A DNA stretch of 16,892 bases from Andalucia godoyi And28 (GCA_009859145.1 VRVR01000058.1:1-16892); one strand, 5' to 3'; positions 1 to 10,300 are shown, counted from the first letter of the stretch. Numbers and translations: made by a program. Notes: a model not told the origin generated them from the letters alone.

Positions 1-255
1 AGCACCTCGGACCGGTCTGCAGTTCACCATTCGCCGCCTGTCAAATTGGGTCATCTCGTCTGCAAGTTGTTGTCCTGGCAGCTTGTTTTCGAGCGAGTGC
101 GGCTTGCGTATCGAACTGGTCAGACAGTGCATGACAACATGTTCCAGTTGGGTGACGAAATGGAATCCCGCTTGCTCACATGGAGGATGCTTGTTTTGCT
201 ACAGGTCCGAGCCGGAGGTGGAGCAGACAGACATGTTTCACCGGAACGGTTTCTG

Positions 256-596
256 CTGCTTCGTGTATCAACGTTGAACATCAAAGCAATACGACGCTCT
301 TACCGTAGTCAAGTCCACCAGTCTTCACGTTGTTTTCCTCTTTCTATTATTTTCTATGTGTTTTGTCTTTTATCATCGAACCCTCAAGCAGCACCTCCTC
401 ATCAAAGACCGAACGTCTCGTGGCTCCAAAGAGGGATCTTCTCAACAAACTCAAAACGGCCATGCCCGACGATGCCGAGAACCATGAAACCCATTGATTC
501 CCTCTCAGCAAGAAGAAGCGATGACCCTTTGGTGCAGAGCAATCTGCATTGTGGCTTGGATCTGTCTTCGGTGATTGCTTAGCCAATGTTCAATAA
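256..596. repeat. Direct repeat copy A (~341 bp; partner at 3481-3828)
   Basis: 256-461 aligns to 3481-3687 with 6 substitutions and 1 indel. Beyond that only blocks match (GCGATGACCCTTTG, CAGAGC, TGGATCTGTCTTCGGTGA, CTTAGCC, TCAATAA), separated by non-matching spacers. Confidence 0.95.
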
Positions 597-805
597 AAAC
601 AGATTTTCCTGGTCTTGCGAGCTGCAGCAACAATTGTCTGACAGCCTGTGGTTCTCGAGCCTCAGTCTGTGACTCAGGGAGTCTGGCAAGGATTTGTTCA
701 AAAAATGCAAAAAGAAAGGGGGTGGAGGGAAAACCACATTAATTGAAACATTTCTCCACATCGGGGATACATAAATAATAATAATCGTACATCTCAAAAC
801 ATCCC

Positions 806-3367
806 TTACGCCATTGAGGCATACCGACGCTTGCGCAAGCGCAAGAAGACGAAGACTCCACAGCCACCAGCAATCAGAACAAAAGCGACAACAACAGGAA
901 CAACAATCGCCACAACTTTCTTTTTACCTTCCGAATCATCATCTGTGTGATTGGGAGGTACCGGTCCTGAGGGACACGAAACAGTGGAATAATCCTCGAG
1001 AACCCCGCCAAAGAAAACGGTGTTGTGTGGCGCGGCAACCGTGGTACGTATGTTGGGTCCGTCATGAATCCACTGTTCTGCAAAGGAATCTGGCACAAAT
1101 GAATATACTGACGAAACTCTTCGCCATAGTCCCGAGAGAACTCCGGATGTCGAAAATTCCAACTGACGGATCTGGCAGGTCGGGGAACAACCGAGGCTGC
1201 GAACCACGTCACTGAAATCTTGTGAGGTAGCATTGTACTCAACGACCGAAAATCCTGTCTTGACAGAGCCCGCGAAATAAAAGGCATTGGTAACCGAATC
1301 ATGGGCGGCAGCCTGACCGAAGTCGAATCCTGGCTGGAAGATCATCGTCCACGAAGATTGTTTTGTGTCAAACCAGGCCAACGGTACAACTTTGTCTTCA
1401 AGCTGGGCAGCAACCAAACTGCCAACAACATAAATCTTCGGATCGGAATCGGGTGCAAGAAGACCACTGTGTGCGACAGGATAATCCCCACCGATGTACG
1501 AAGGACCTCCAATAGGAAAGGAAACAGTGACCGTCGAGCCTTGCTGTCTAATAATCACGATGGGAGATCCGACATCCTCGCGGAAAAAGAATCCGGCAAG
1601 AACATACTCCGTCGCGTCTCCATCACATGAGCGACCAGTCATCGAACTGAGGTCAAAGAACGTCAAATTCTGAAAAGTTGTGAGAGGACTGATGAACTCA
1701 TTGGTCGCCCTGTGGAATTGCTTGAGCTCTCTTGCTTCACTGGAAACGATAGCAATGATTGAAGACCCCGGAACATGCGCAAGCCCCTCCACAGAACACT
1801 GACGACGATCTGCAGGTTGCGATGGGGCGAACAAAGTGTAGGAAGTGCCGGAAAGAGAAAGACCAAAGAAGCAACCCTCCAGCACTTGTTCTGAATTGGG
1901 AGCCGAAAGGTTGAGAGCAAAACGTGTGCCAAAGTAAACGGTATTAGGATCCACAACCACATAGTGGACATCGCTGATCGCATCCATTTCATAATGGCCA
2001 GTTCCTGTTGCAATCACCTCAACGGCATTCTCGCATTGCGTTCGTTGAATGTTCAACTGGTATTCAGAAATGCCGCTGACCAACGGAGATGTCATGGAAA
2101 TCGAGAGGAAGGCCTTTGATTTCGCTGGAGGGGGTGGGGCAGGAGGGGGACAAGACCTTGAAGTAGGATCGTTCAAAACACCGCCAAAGAACACGGCATT
2201 AACATTACTCTGCACAACAAAGCGGTCATCAACGCCATTGTCATAAACCCACTGTTCAGAGGACACGGTGTCTGGATCATAAGATAAGACTGAGGAGATT
2301 CTTCTCCACATGCCACTCATGTGGCCCGAACTCACAAACGTGATCTCGCGAACATTGCATTCAGGAGAGCACCCCAAGTCGACCGCAACATCTGTGACCG
2401 CTTTTGTGGAAGTGTCTAGCGTTCCAATTCTCCATCCCTTGTTGTATCCGCCGGCGACATACACTTCATTCGTTGCAGGATTATACCCAGCAGCACTACC
2501 CGGAAATATGGGAGCAGGAAGAATCACTGTCCACAGCTGCGTAAACGTGCTGAACCAGGCGACCGTCACGGGCACATACTCCGTCTCGTCCATCTGCAAA
2601 GCCCCGATAACATAAATGTTCGGATCATTAGGCGGTAGAACGACCCCGGTGGCAGCCACGGGCGTGGCTCCTCCTGCATAAGTGGGGCCATTGAGCGGAA
2701 ATACGACGTTTGTCAGCACTCCTGTTTGATTCACGATGACTATCGGGGACTGATGATCCTTCCAGTAAAAGCTCCCGCCCAGCACGTACTCGGTTCCGAA
2801 TCCATAGTCCTTGATTGCCAGAGCAGTCACATCAAACCCAAGAAAGTCATCGAATACGTCCAATGTGTCTCCAAACGTCTGGGTCTCAAGATGAAAAGGA
2901 ATCAAACCTCGAGTGTTGTCAAGGACGACAGTCAACACAGGCAAGGACGGCACATACGCCATGGAGGCAATCGTGCACGTACTTGGATTACCTGGTTGCT
3001 CAGGAAGGAATACTTCATACGAAGCTCCACTCAAGCGGAGACCAAAGAAGCAGCCTTGCAACAAGGTTTCAGAATTCGGACCGCTGAAATTGAATGAAAA
3101 ACGAAATCCAAAGAAAATCGTGGACGCATCGATCACTGCATACGGAAACGCGTTCAGAGGATCAAATTCGAATGCTGATGTGGCAGTGGCAATGGTCTCG
3201 ACTACGTTTCCACAAGCACTTCGCTGCATGTTCAATCGATACTGATGCACCCCATCGATCTTGGTGCTTGTTGTGCGCTCCATCGACAAGAACACATAGT
3301 TGTCCAGCGCAAAACACAGGCTTCCAACCGAAAACAACACAAGAAGTAGCAATGCGGAGAAGCGCAT
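806..3367 (-). CDS. Uncharacterised type I membrane glycoprotein (~853 aa) with two tandem homologous beta-rich ectodomain repeats
   Basis: Uninterrupted ORF. ATG at 3367 (aa 60 of the ORF-track protein) begins a signal peptide, MRFSALLLLVLFSVGSLCFA. Two halves (~3307-2148 and ~2117-971) share motifs (PNSExxLxGCFFGLxLSG, TEYVLxG, SPIVI, LGCSPxC, SGxWRRxSSV, FFGGVLxD..SCP) and are joined by a Pro linker (PPPAPPPPA). C-terminal TM VVAIVVPVVVAFVLIAGGCGVFVFL, basic stop-transfer RLRKRR, TAA stop. Confidence 0.85.
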   Translation of the reverse strand: MRFSALLLLVLFSVGSLCFALDNYVFLSMERTTSTKIDGVHQYRLNMQRSACGNVVETIATATSAFEFDPLNAFPYAVIDASTIFFGFRFSFNFSGPNSETLLQGCFFGLRLSGASYEVFLPEQPGNPSTCTIASMAYVPSLPVLTVVLDNTRGLIPFHLETQTFGDTLDVFDDFLGFDVTALAIKDYGFGTEYVLGGSFYWKDHQSPIVIVNQTGVLTNVVFPLNGPTYAGGATPVAATGVVLPPNDPNIYVIGALQMDETEYVPVTVAWFSTFTQLWTVILPAPIFPGSAAGYNPATNEVYVAGGYNKGWRIGTLDTSTKAVTDVAVDLGCSPECNVREITFVSSGHMSGMWRRISSVLSYDPDTVSSEQWVYDNGVDDRFVVQSNVNAVFFGGVLNDPTSRSCPPPAPPPPAKSKAFLSISMTSPLVSGISEYQLNIQRTQCENAVEVIATGTGHYEMDAISDVHYVVVDPNTVYFGTRFALNLSAPNSEQVLEGCFFGLSLSGTSYTLFAPSQPADRRQCSVEGLAHVPGSSIIAIVSSEARELKQFHRATNEFISPLTTFQNLTFFDLSSMTGRSCDGDATEYVLAGFFFREDVGSPIVIIRQQGSTVTVSFPIGGPSYIGGDYPVAHSGLLAPDSDPKIYVVGSLVAAQLEDKVVPLAWFDTKQSSWTMIFQPGFDFGQAAAHDSVTNAFYFAGSVKTGFSVVEYNATSQDFSDVVRSLGCSPTCQIRQLEFSTSGVLSGLWRRVSSVYSFVPDSFAEQWIHDGPNIRTTVAAPHNTVFFGGVLEDYSTVSCPSGPVPPNHTDDDSEGKKKVVAIVVPVVVAFVLIAGGCGVFVFLRLRKRRYASMA

Positions 3368-3480
3368 TTTTTTTTCAATTACCGAAGCGAAATACATGAA
3401 TTGGCAGGGGAAACCGTCGTTTAAAGAACAAATATAAGCTGAACGCTGATTATCATTATGATTATTGCTTTGACAGCTGA

Positions 3481-3828
3481 CTGCTTCGTGTATCAACGTT
3501 GAAACATCAAAGCAATACGACGCTCTTACCGTAGTCAAGTCCACCAGTCTTCACGTTGTTTTCCTCTTTCTATTATTTTCGATGTGTTTTGTCTTTTATC
3601 ATCGAATCCTCAAGCAGCACCTCCTCATCAAAGACCGAACGTCTCGTGGCTCCAAAGAGGGATCTTCCCGACAAACTCAAGCCGGCCACATTCTCTTCCC
3701 CCCAACGTTTACTTTTGAATGGTGAATCGACTGGGAAATATGCTGGTTGCGATGACCCTTTGATACAGAGCTGGTGCTCGCCCCAGACTGGATCTGTCTT
3801 CGGTGACACCTTAGCCGATGATCAATAA
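3481..3828. repeat. Direct repeat copy B (~348 bp; partner at 256-596)
   Basis: Direct alignment with 256-596: near-identical 5' ~207 bp, block-wise conservation in the 3' ~140 bp. Confidence 0.95.
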
Positions 3829-3892
3829 GGATTCATCTCTTTTGGCGAGCAGACGTGGAAGAGGAACCTCCCTTAGCTGTGCTGGAGAACCC

Positions 3893-3910
3893 TTTTTTTT
3901 TTTTTTTTTT
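3893..3910. repeat. T18 homopolymer in the intergenic region between divergent genes
   Basis: 18 consecutive T seen directly, lying between the starts of the 3367(-) and 4325(+) genes. Confidence 0.9.
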
Positions 3911-4324
3911 GGCTTCTGATTTGCCAGCTGTAAAATGCACTCCGCACTACGACTGCGAGTCACACGGCTGTTGCGCCCACAGCGGCAGCAACTGTAACAC
4001 AATTCCGGAAAAGGATAACAGAGTTTACAAAACCCAGAAACCTGAGATGGGGAACGAAAGTCCGGCTTGCCTTTTTCAGCTTTCTCGTCAATCAGACTGT
4101 GAAAACGCTCCTAGGAGTTGTGTGATGCGTATTCTCCAAAATGGGACGGAAACGACATCCAACGCATCAACTCGGGTACATAGAAGCAGAAATTCCCGAC
4201 GACGATTGCAATCCACTTCAGTCGTTTTCAAATGATGATTCCATTATTCTTCTACGGGCAGATTAAATCGTATTTATTTTCCAAAGCAGAGGATTTGTTT
4301 CCGTGTTCTCCGCTATGAAGTGAT

Positions 4325-7300
4325 ATGCATATTCTACAGTGTGCATTATATTCCATAGTTCTGTGTCTCCCAGTTGTGCTGGGTGCTTGTCCTTCGAACG
4401 TCGCCAACTGCACCCAGTGCATCTCGTTGGTACAGTCTGGAGACTGCAACAAGTTTTGTTATACAGCTTCAGACCCGACAGTATGTTCTCTTTTAATCGC
4501 GAAAAAAAGCTTTCTCACAGCACTGCATTCATGCAATGTATCATTCCCTCTAATGTTTTGTCAATTCATGATTGTAGAGTTCGAGATGCAAAACGGGAGC
4601 TTGTGGAAATCTGGGCGATCTGCAAGTAATATCACTATCGCATTGTGCCCTTCTTGGTATGATTATCCTTTGTGAATGCATTTTTGATTCTACTACCTTG
4701 CTGACATTTCGACATTCTTCCTCTCAATCAAATAGATTCCGGATACTTCTGTGAGCAGACATGCAATCTGACATATGGGAGTTGCGTAAACGGCGCTTGT
4801 GTTTGCTCCAATTCGCTATGGACGGGACCCAGCTGCACGAACTGCACTCAGAATCGAGTGAATTTTCCAACTTGTCAAACATGCAACTGCTCAAACGCGG
4901 GTAATTGCACAGGACCGGCATTTGGATGCGTTTGTAACACCGGGTACAATGGATCGAGCTGTCAAAACTGCTCTGCGAAATACTACGGACCCAGTTGCTC
5001 TGCGTGTTCCTGTCCAGTCGGCTCGTCATGTTTTGACGGTAAGAGTGGAAATGGAAGTTGCTTCTGTGCCAATTCATCATACTCTCCGAATTCCGGGTGT
5101 ACAGACTGCACGTCTTCCCGGTACGGGACAAACTGCTCTCTTGCATGTCCTTCCTGTCCTGTCGAATCTCCATGTGATTCTGGAAGCAATGGTACAGGAC
5201 GGTGCAAGTGCCCGGACGGCACGTCGTTTGCCGCAACCACCTGTCAGAATTGCAGTGCAGGCACCTACTCCAATGCGTCAACTGTGTATCAATGCCTTGC
5301 TTGCCCGGCTGGACAAGAAACCTCTCTGCCGTTCAAGAATTCCTGCGTTCTGTGCAAAGCTGGGTTCTACCGAAACGCCACAAGCGGTCCGGCTTGCACA
5401 GAGTGCCAGGTAGGACATGAATCTTCTCCTGGAAACACTGGCTGCAGGAGTTGCTACCCAAATCGCTTCGCTAACGCTTCGACAAATTCCCAGTGTACAG
5501 ACTGTCCAGCGGGGATGCAACCTACTGAATTCTACAATTCATGCCGCTCGTGTGATTCCGGAAAATTCTCTAATTCTTCTACAAACTTTCTTTGCACGGT
5601 CTGTTCTCCCGGCACGCAGCCAAGCATGGAGTCATCACAGTGCATGCAGTGTGCGAATGGACAGTACAGCAATTCGAGCACAGGTCACTTATGCTTGCAG
5701 TGTCCGCTCGGTCATATGTCCACCGCGACATATAATGCTTGCACAGCGTGTCTGCCTGGCACGTTCTCCAACTCGAGCGTGGACTACGCGTGCACACAAT
5801 GCTCGGCAGGGTCTCAGCCTACAGCGAACAGCAATGCATGCACATCGTGCGAAATTGGTCGCTACTCGAACGCTACGACTGGCTACATGTGCGTTTTCTG
5901 CGCACCTGGCTCGCAGTCGGCTGCTGACCATTCGCAGTGTCTGCAATGTCCGAGTGGATTCTACAGCAATGCGAGCTCGTCCTTTGTTTGCGTGTCCTGT
6001 GCGCCAGGAGAAGAGTCGTCTGCCTCGCGCGACAGCTGCAGAGCGTGCAGTGCATGGCAGATATCCAGCAATGTTTCGGATTTCATGTGCGCGACCTGTC
6101 CTTCTGGGACTCAGCCGTCTTCGGATCGCGATCGCTGCGTTGCTTGTGGCCTCGGACAGTATTCCAATTCGTCCACGTCAAATTTGTGTTCCGTTTGCCC
6201 CGATGGCAGCCAGCCAGCAGCTGGAAGCGGGTCTTGCGAGGGCTGTAGTGGTGGTCGCATTTCCAATGCTCTCACCGCGCACGTGTGTGTTTCATGCGCT
6301 CCTGGAACAGAGGGTAGCGTGGATGGCACGCAATGTGTCACGTGTCTGGAAGGGTACTATTCTAATTCGTCGTCCAACTTCCATTGCGAATTATGCCCTT
6401 CGCCGTTAGTGTCTTCTGACGACAAAAGCCATTGTCGCGCGTGTGCGTCCGGAATGTACGCAAATTCCTCGACCTCTTTTTTGTGCACTTTCTGTCCTGC
6501 TGGCTCTCAACCGGATGCGTCCTACTCATCATGCGAGGTCTGCACAGCGTCTGCATACTCGAATCTTGCTACCAACATAACATGTGAGAACTGCGCCTCT
6601 GGGACTGTCCCCACCCTTGACCACACCTCCTGTGTCAACTGTGGAGTGAATCAGTATTCGAATTCCAGCACGAACGGAAACTGCATATCTTGTCCAGTGA
6701 ACACCCAGTTGGCGCTGGATCTGGCCGGTTGCGACGCATGTGCTCCTGGAGAGTTTGTCAACAGTACAACAAACTTTTTGTGCACTGCGTGCCCCGACGG
6801 AACAGGACCGTCTCCCGATGGGCTGCAGTGCGTCCCTTGTTCTCTCGGGAAGTATTCCAACTCCACTTACCCAGGTGTTTGTCAAAATTGTCCTGAAGGA
6901 CACCAACCAAATCAGTTTCATGTGAACTGCTCTGTCTGCCGAGACAATGCATTTTCGAATTCATCGACGGATTTTGCATGTGTGGAATGTCCTGATGGAT
7001 CGATCCCAGTGAACGGCCACTCGCGTTGCGCAGACTGTCCTGCGAATCATTTCTCGAATTCCAGCACGAACGGAAACTGCGTAGCGTGCCCCTCCGCCTC
7101 TCAGTTGACGCCTTCACGCAATTCTTGTATGACCTGCCGGACTGGTCAATATGTCAATGAATCTACAGGGTACAGTTGCGTTGACTGCTCTGCCGGCGAA
7201 CAACCATCGCTCAATGCCTCCTACTGCGAATCCTGCCCTTCCAACATGTATTCGAACTCTTCAACGGCTTTTGCATGCAGCACGTGCCTCGAAGGCTACG

Positions 7301-10300
7301 AACCACATAGTTCCCAATCCCTCTGTTTGAGATGCTCCGGAAGCGAATACTCAAATGTATCCACCAATTCCTTGTGTTCTCCGTGCCCTGACGGTACAGT
7401 TCCCACTCAATTTCGGAACGAGTGCATCTCCTGTTCATTGAATTCATACTCTAGCGCAGTTACATTTGGTATCTGTGTTCCATGCCCTGCCAAGTTCCAG
7501 GTTGCAGCAAACCGTTCCGCTTGTGAAATGTGTTCAACTGGACATTATGTGAACGAATCTACTGCGTACAAGTGCCAACTTTGCGCTCCAGGAACAGAAC
7601 CCTCATCTGACGCATCCAACTGCTCTGCTTGTTCTGCCAACATGTACTCCAATGCCTCAACGACATTCGTTTGTGAATACTGCACCTCAGGATTCGAAGC
7701 CGCATTCGGCCGTTCAGCCTGCGAGAAATGTCCATTGAATTCGTTTTCGAACGCATCGACAGCATTCACCTGCAAATTTTGCGATAATGGAACTGTTCCT
7801 GTTGAAGGGCAAACCAGATGCGAACGTTGCCTGGTGAATTACTTTTCCAACTCGAATACCAATGGGACCTGCCTCCCGTGCCCCTCGGGTTACGAAACCT
7901 CGTCTGACCAAGGCATGTGCAGTGAGTGCGATACAGAACAGTATGCGAATGCATCTACGAACTATCGATGCACATTTTGCCTGCCGGGGTACTCGTCAAC
8001 TGCAAACAGGAGCACGTGTACAGAATGCGAAATTGGTCGCTACTCGAACGCTACGACTGGCTACATGTGCGTTTTCTGCGCACCTGGCTCGCAGTCGGCT
8101 GCTGACCATTCGCAGTGTCTGCAATGTCCGAGTGGATTCTACAGCAATGCGAGCTCGTCCTTTGTTTGCGTGTCCTGTGCGCCAGGAGAAGAGTCGTCTG
8201 CCTCGCGCGACAGCTGCAGAGCGTGCAGTGCATGGCAGATATCCAGCAATGTTTCGGATTTCATGTGCGCGACCTGTCCTTCTGGGACTCAGCCGTCTTC
8301 GGATCGCGATCGCTGCGTTGCTTGTGGCCTCGGACAGTATTCCAATTCGTCCACGTCAAATTTGTGTTCCGTTTGCCCCGATGGCAGCCAACCAGCAGCT
8401 GGAAGCGGGTCTTGCGAGGGCTGCGGCAACGGGACGTACGCAAACGCATCCTCTAATGGAATATGCACAGCATGTCCTGCTGGAAGCGTTCCAAATTCCA
8501 ATCGGTCTGGATGCAGAATGTGCGGTTCTTTGGAGTTTTCATTCGAAGACTCCTGTCTTTCATGCCCTGGCGGTTTTGAGATAAATTCTACTCGAACCGG
8601 ATGTCAGCAGTGTTCGCACAACACTTTCAGTAACCTGACACATCCGTTTTGCACATTTTGCGAAGCCGGCCAAGAGTCTTCACGAACAGGATGCATTGCG
8701 TGTGCAAATCGTCTGTTTTCAAACTCATCCACTAACTTTACGTGTCAGGAATGTCCACCGAACCAGTTGCCAACACAGGACTCTGCCTCTTGCGTGATGT
8801 GTCCTGCAGGATCTGTGGTGGATGACCAGTCTACCAGTTGCTCTACTTGTCAAGCTGGTACGGCACCGTTTTTCAATTTATCATTGGGGAAAAGCGTATG
8901 CTTAACTTGTGCAGCGGGATCGTTTTCGAATGGCAGCGCTTGCATGCCTTGTGAAGACGGTACTACACATTCTCCGTCTCACGCAGACTGTATCCCATGC
9001 GATGCTGCTAGATACTCAAATGCGTCTACAAGCCACCTGTGTAATGTGTGTCCGGATGGACATCAGGCGAGCCGACTGCAAGACCGATGTATCCGATGTC
9101 CCGCACATCAGTATGCTACCGCATCCACGGGTCACGTGTGTTCCGCTTGTCCGGCGGGAATGTCAGCACATGCACTGCAGTCATCGTGTGAACACTGTGC
9201 CGACGGTCGGTTTTCCAATCTTACTACAAATTTTACATGCGTCCCTTGCGCTTCCTCTGAATGGTCTGACGGATATTCCGGTCGTAACTCTTGTTTCGTC
9301 TGTCCCTCCATGTTTGTTACCAATGTTTCTACTGGACAATGCTCACCTTGTCCAGATGGGCAACAGCGTGACACGGCAAGTACGTGTCGGCCGTGTCCAT
9401 TGGGCTTGTTCGCCAGCGCTGCTTCCCGCTATCAATGCGCATACTGCAACCCCGGTTCACAACCCGACGATTCTCGTTCAGTCTGCAATCCTTGCGAACT
9501 CCCGCTGGTGTCGTATCCGCCGACGGTTGCACAGTGCACAAACTGCAGTCCTGGACAGGGTCCTCGATCAGACCAGTCGGGATGCGTTCCTTGCGCATCA
9601 GGTTTCTACTCGAATGCATCGACCAGCTTCGATTGCGTGAGGTGTCCTCCTGGAACAGAACCGTCCCGTTTGAAAGATCGATGCCAACCATGTTCAGTGT
9701 CGAGCTTCTCTAATGGATCAATATGCGATCCCTGTCCAGCTGGATTCACAACATCTGGAACAGGTGCTGCTTCCTGTGACGCCTGCGCAGCAGGATTTTT
9801 CGGACCTCTGTGCACCGCGTGCCCCCCTTGTTTCGAGGCGGCATTCTGCGATCAGGGCAGCGCTGGCACTGGACTTTGCGTTTGTCCTGAAAACCGTAGT
9901 GGTATTTGGTGCGAAACCTGCGCCGCAGGCTATTTCCCTGCGAGCGTTTGCAATGTGCACTGCACATCGAATGAAACGTGCTCAGGACATGGTCACTGTT
10001 CCAGTCGAGGCTATTGCATTTGCGAGGCTGGATTCAAAGGCAGCTCGTGCTCCGATCGCACAGTGGCTCCGGGATCCCCTGCTCTGCCGGTCGTCGGTTC
10101 TGGTGGGGAGACAGTCATGAAATCCACAGTTGCTGCGAGTGCTGTTTCCAGCCCCGGTTTTCTGCAACTGTTTGACAGTCTCCAGACGATAATGCGATTC
10201 TCATGCATGAGGATCGCGTATCCAATGTGGTACTTGGAGTTTGTCCAGTCCTTTTCTTTTGTGATGCTGGGCTTTCGAACTCCGCTGTACAGCATCGTGG

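Larger units (their letters stand above)
5251..9783 (+). repeat. Coding tandem array of ~46 four-cysteine units (consensus ~C-x2-G-x-[YF]-S-N-x-S-T-x3-C-x2-C-x2-G-x-[QE]-P-x6-C-x2)
   Basis: Manual parsing of the translation: units from 5353 to 8520 are 32 consecutive units of exactly 33 aa (99 nt); flanking units are 30-36 aa. Confidence 0.92.

Noticed and set aside
1-277. Possible 3' end of a + strand gene entering from the left (frame 2 open 2-277 with a RING-like CSHGGCLFC; frame 1 open 1-582; acceptor-like TTTTGCTACAG near 205)
   Set aside because: Several frames are equally plausible and the RING pattern is incomplete. It cannot be resolved without upstream sequence.
338-349. TAA/TAG-to-Gln (ciliate-type) code suggested by TAATAG interrupting an otherwise open minus-strand frame in the repeat
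   Set aside because: The long ORFs (>4000 codons in total) contain no in-frame TAA/TAG although Gln is frequent, so the standard code applies.
347-586. Paired 79/78-aa minus-strand ORFs in the repeat copies (347-586, 3573-3809) sharing ...SLFGATRRSVFDEEVLLExSMIKDKTHRK
   Set aside because: Non-ATG starts, and the N-terminal halves are unrelated. Similarity is explained by DNA-level duplication, and spacer indels break frame conservation.
256-596. Repeat as LTR pair, U3/box C/D snoRNA, spliced-leader RNA or Helitron end
   Set aside because: No TG...CA termini, primer-binding site or retroelement ORF between the copies. GATGA and CGTGAAG-like words occur but there is no terminal box D. No Sm site after the GTAAG, and no CTRR end.
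3368-3544. 59-aa N-terminal extension of the 912-aa ORF in the track
   Set aside because: It starts at GTG inside repeat B and is low-complexity. A clear signal peptide starts at ATG 3367.
4481-4520. 40-nt GTATGT...CACAG intron as part of the main gene model
   Set aside because: Removing it shifts the frame into stop codons in every combination tried.
5251-9783. Regularly spaced repeats as a CRISPR-like or non-coding array
   Set aside because: The periodicity is protein-level (Cys codons in one open frame), with no invariant DNA repeat/spacer structure.
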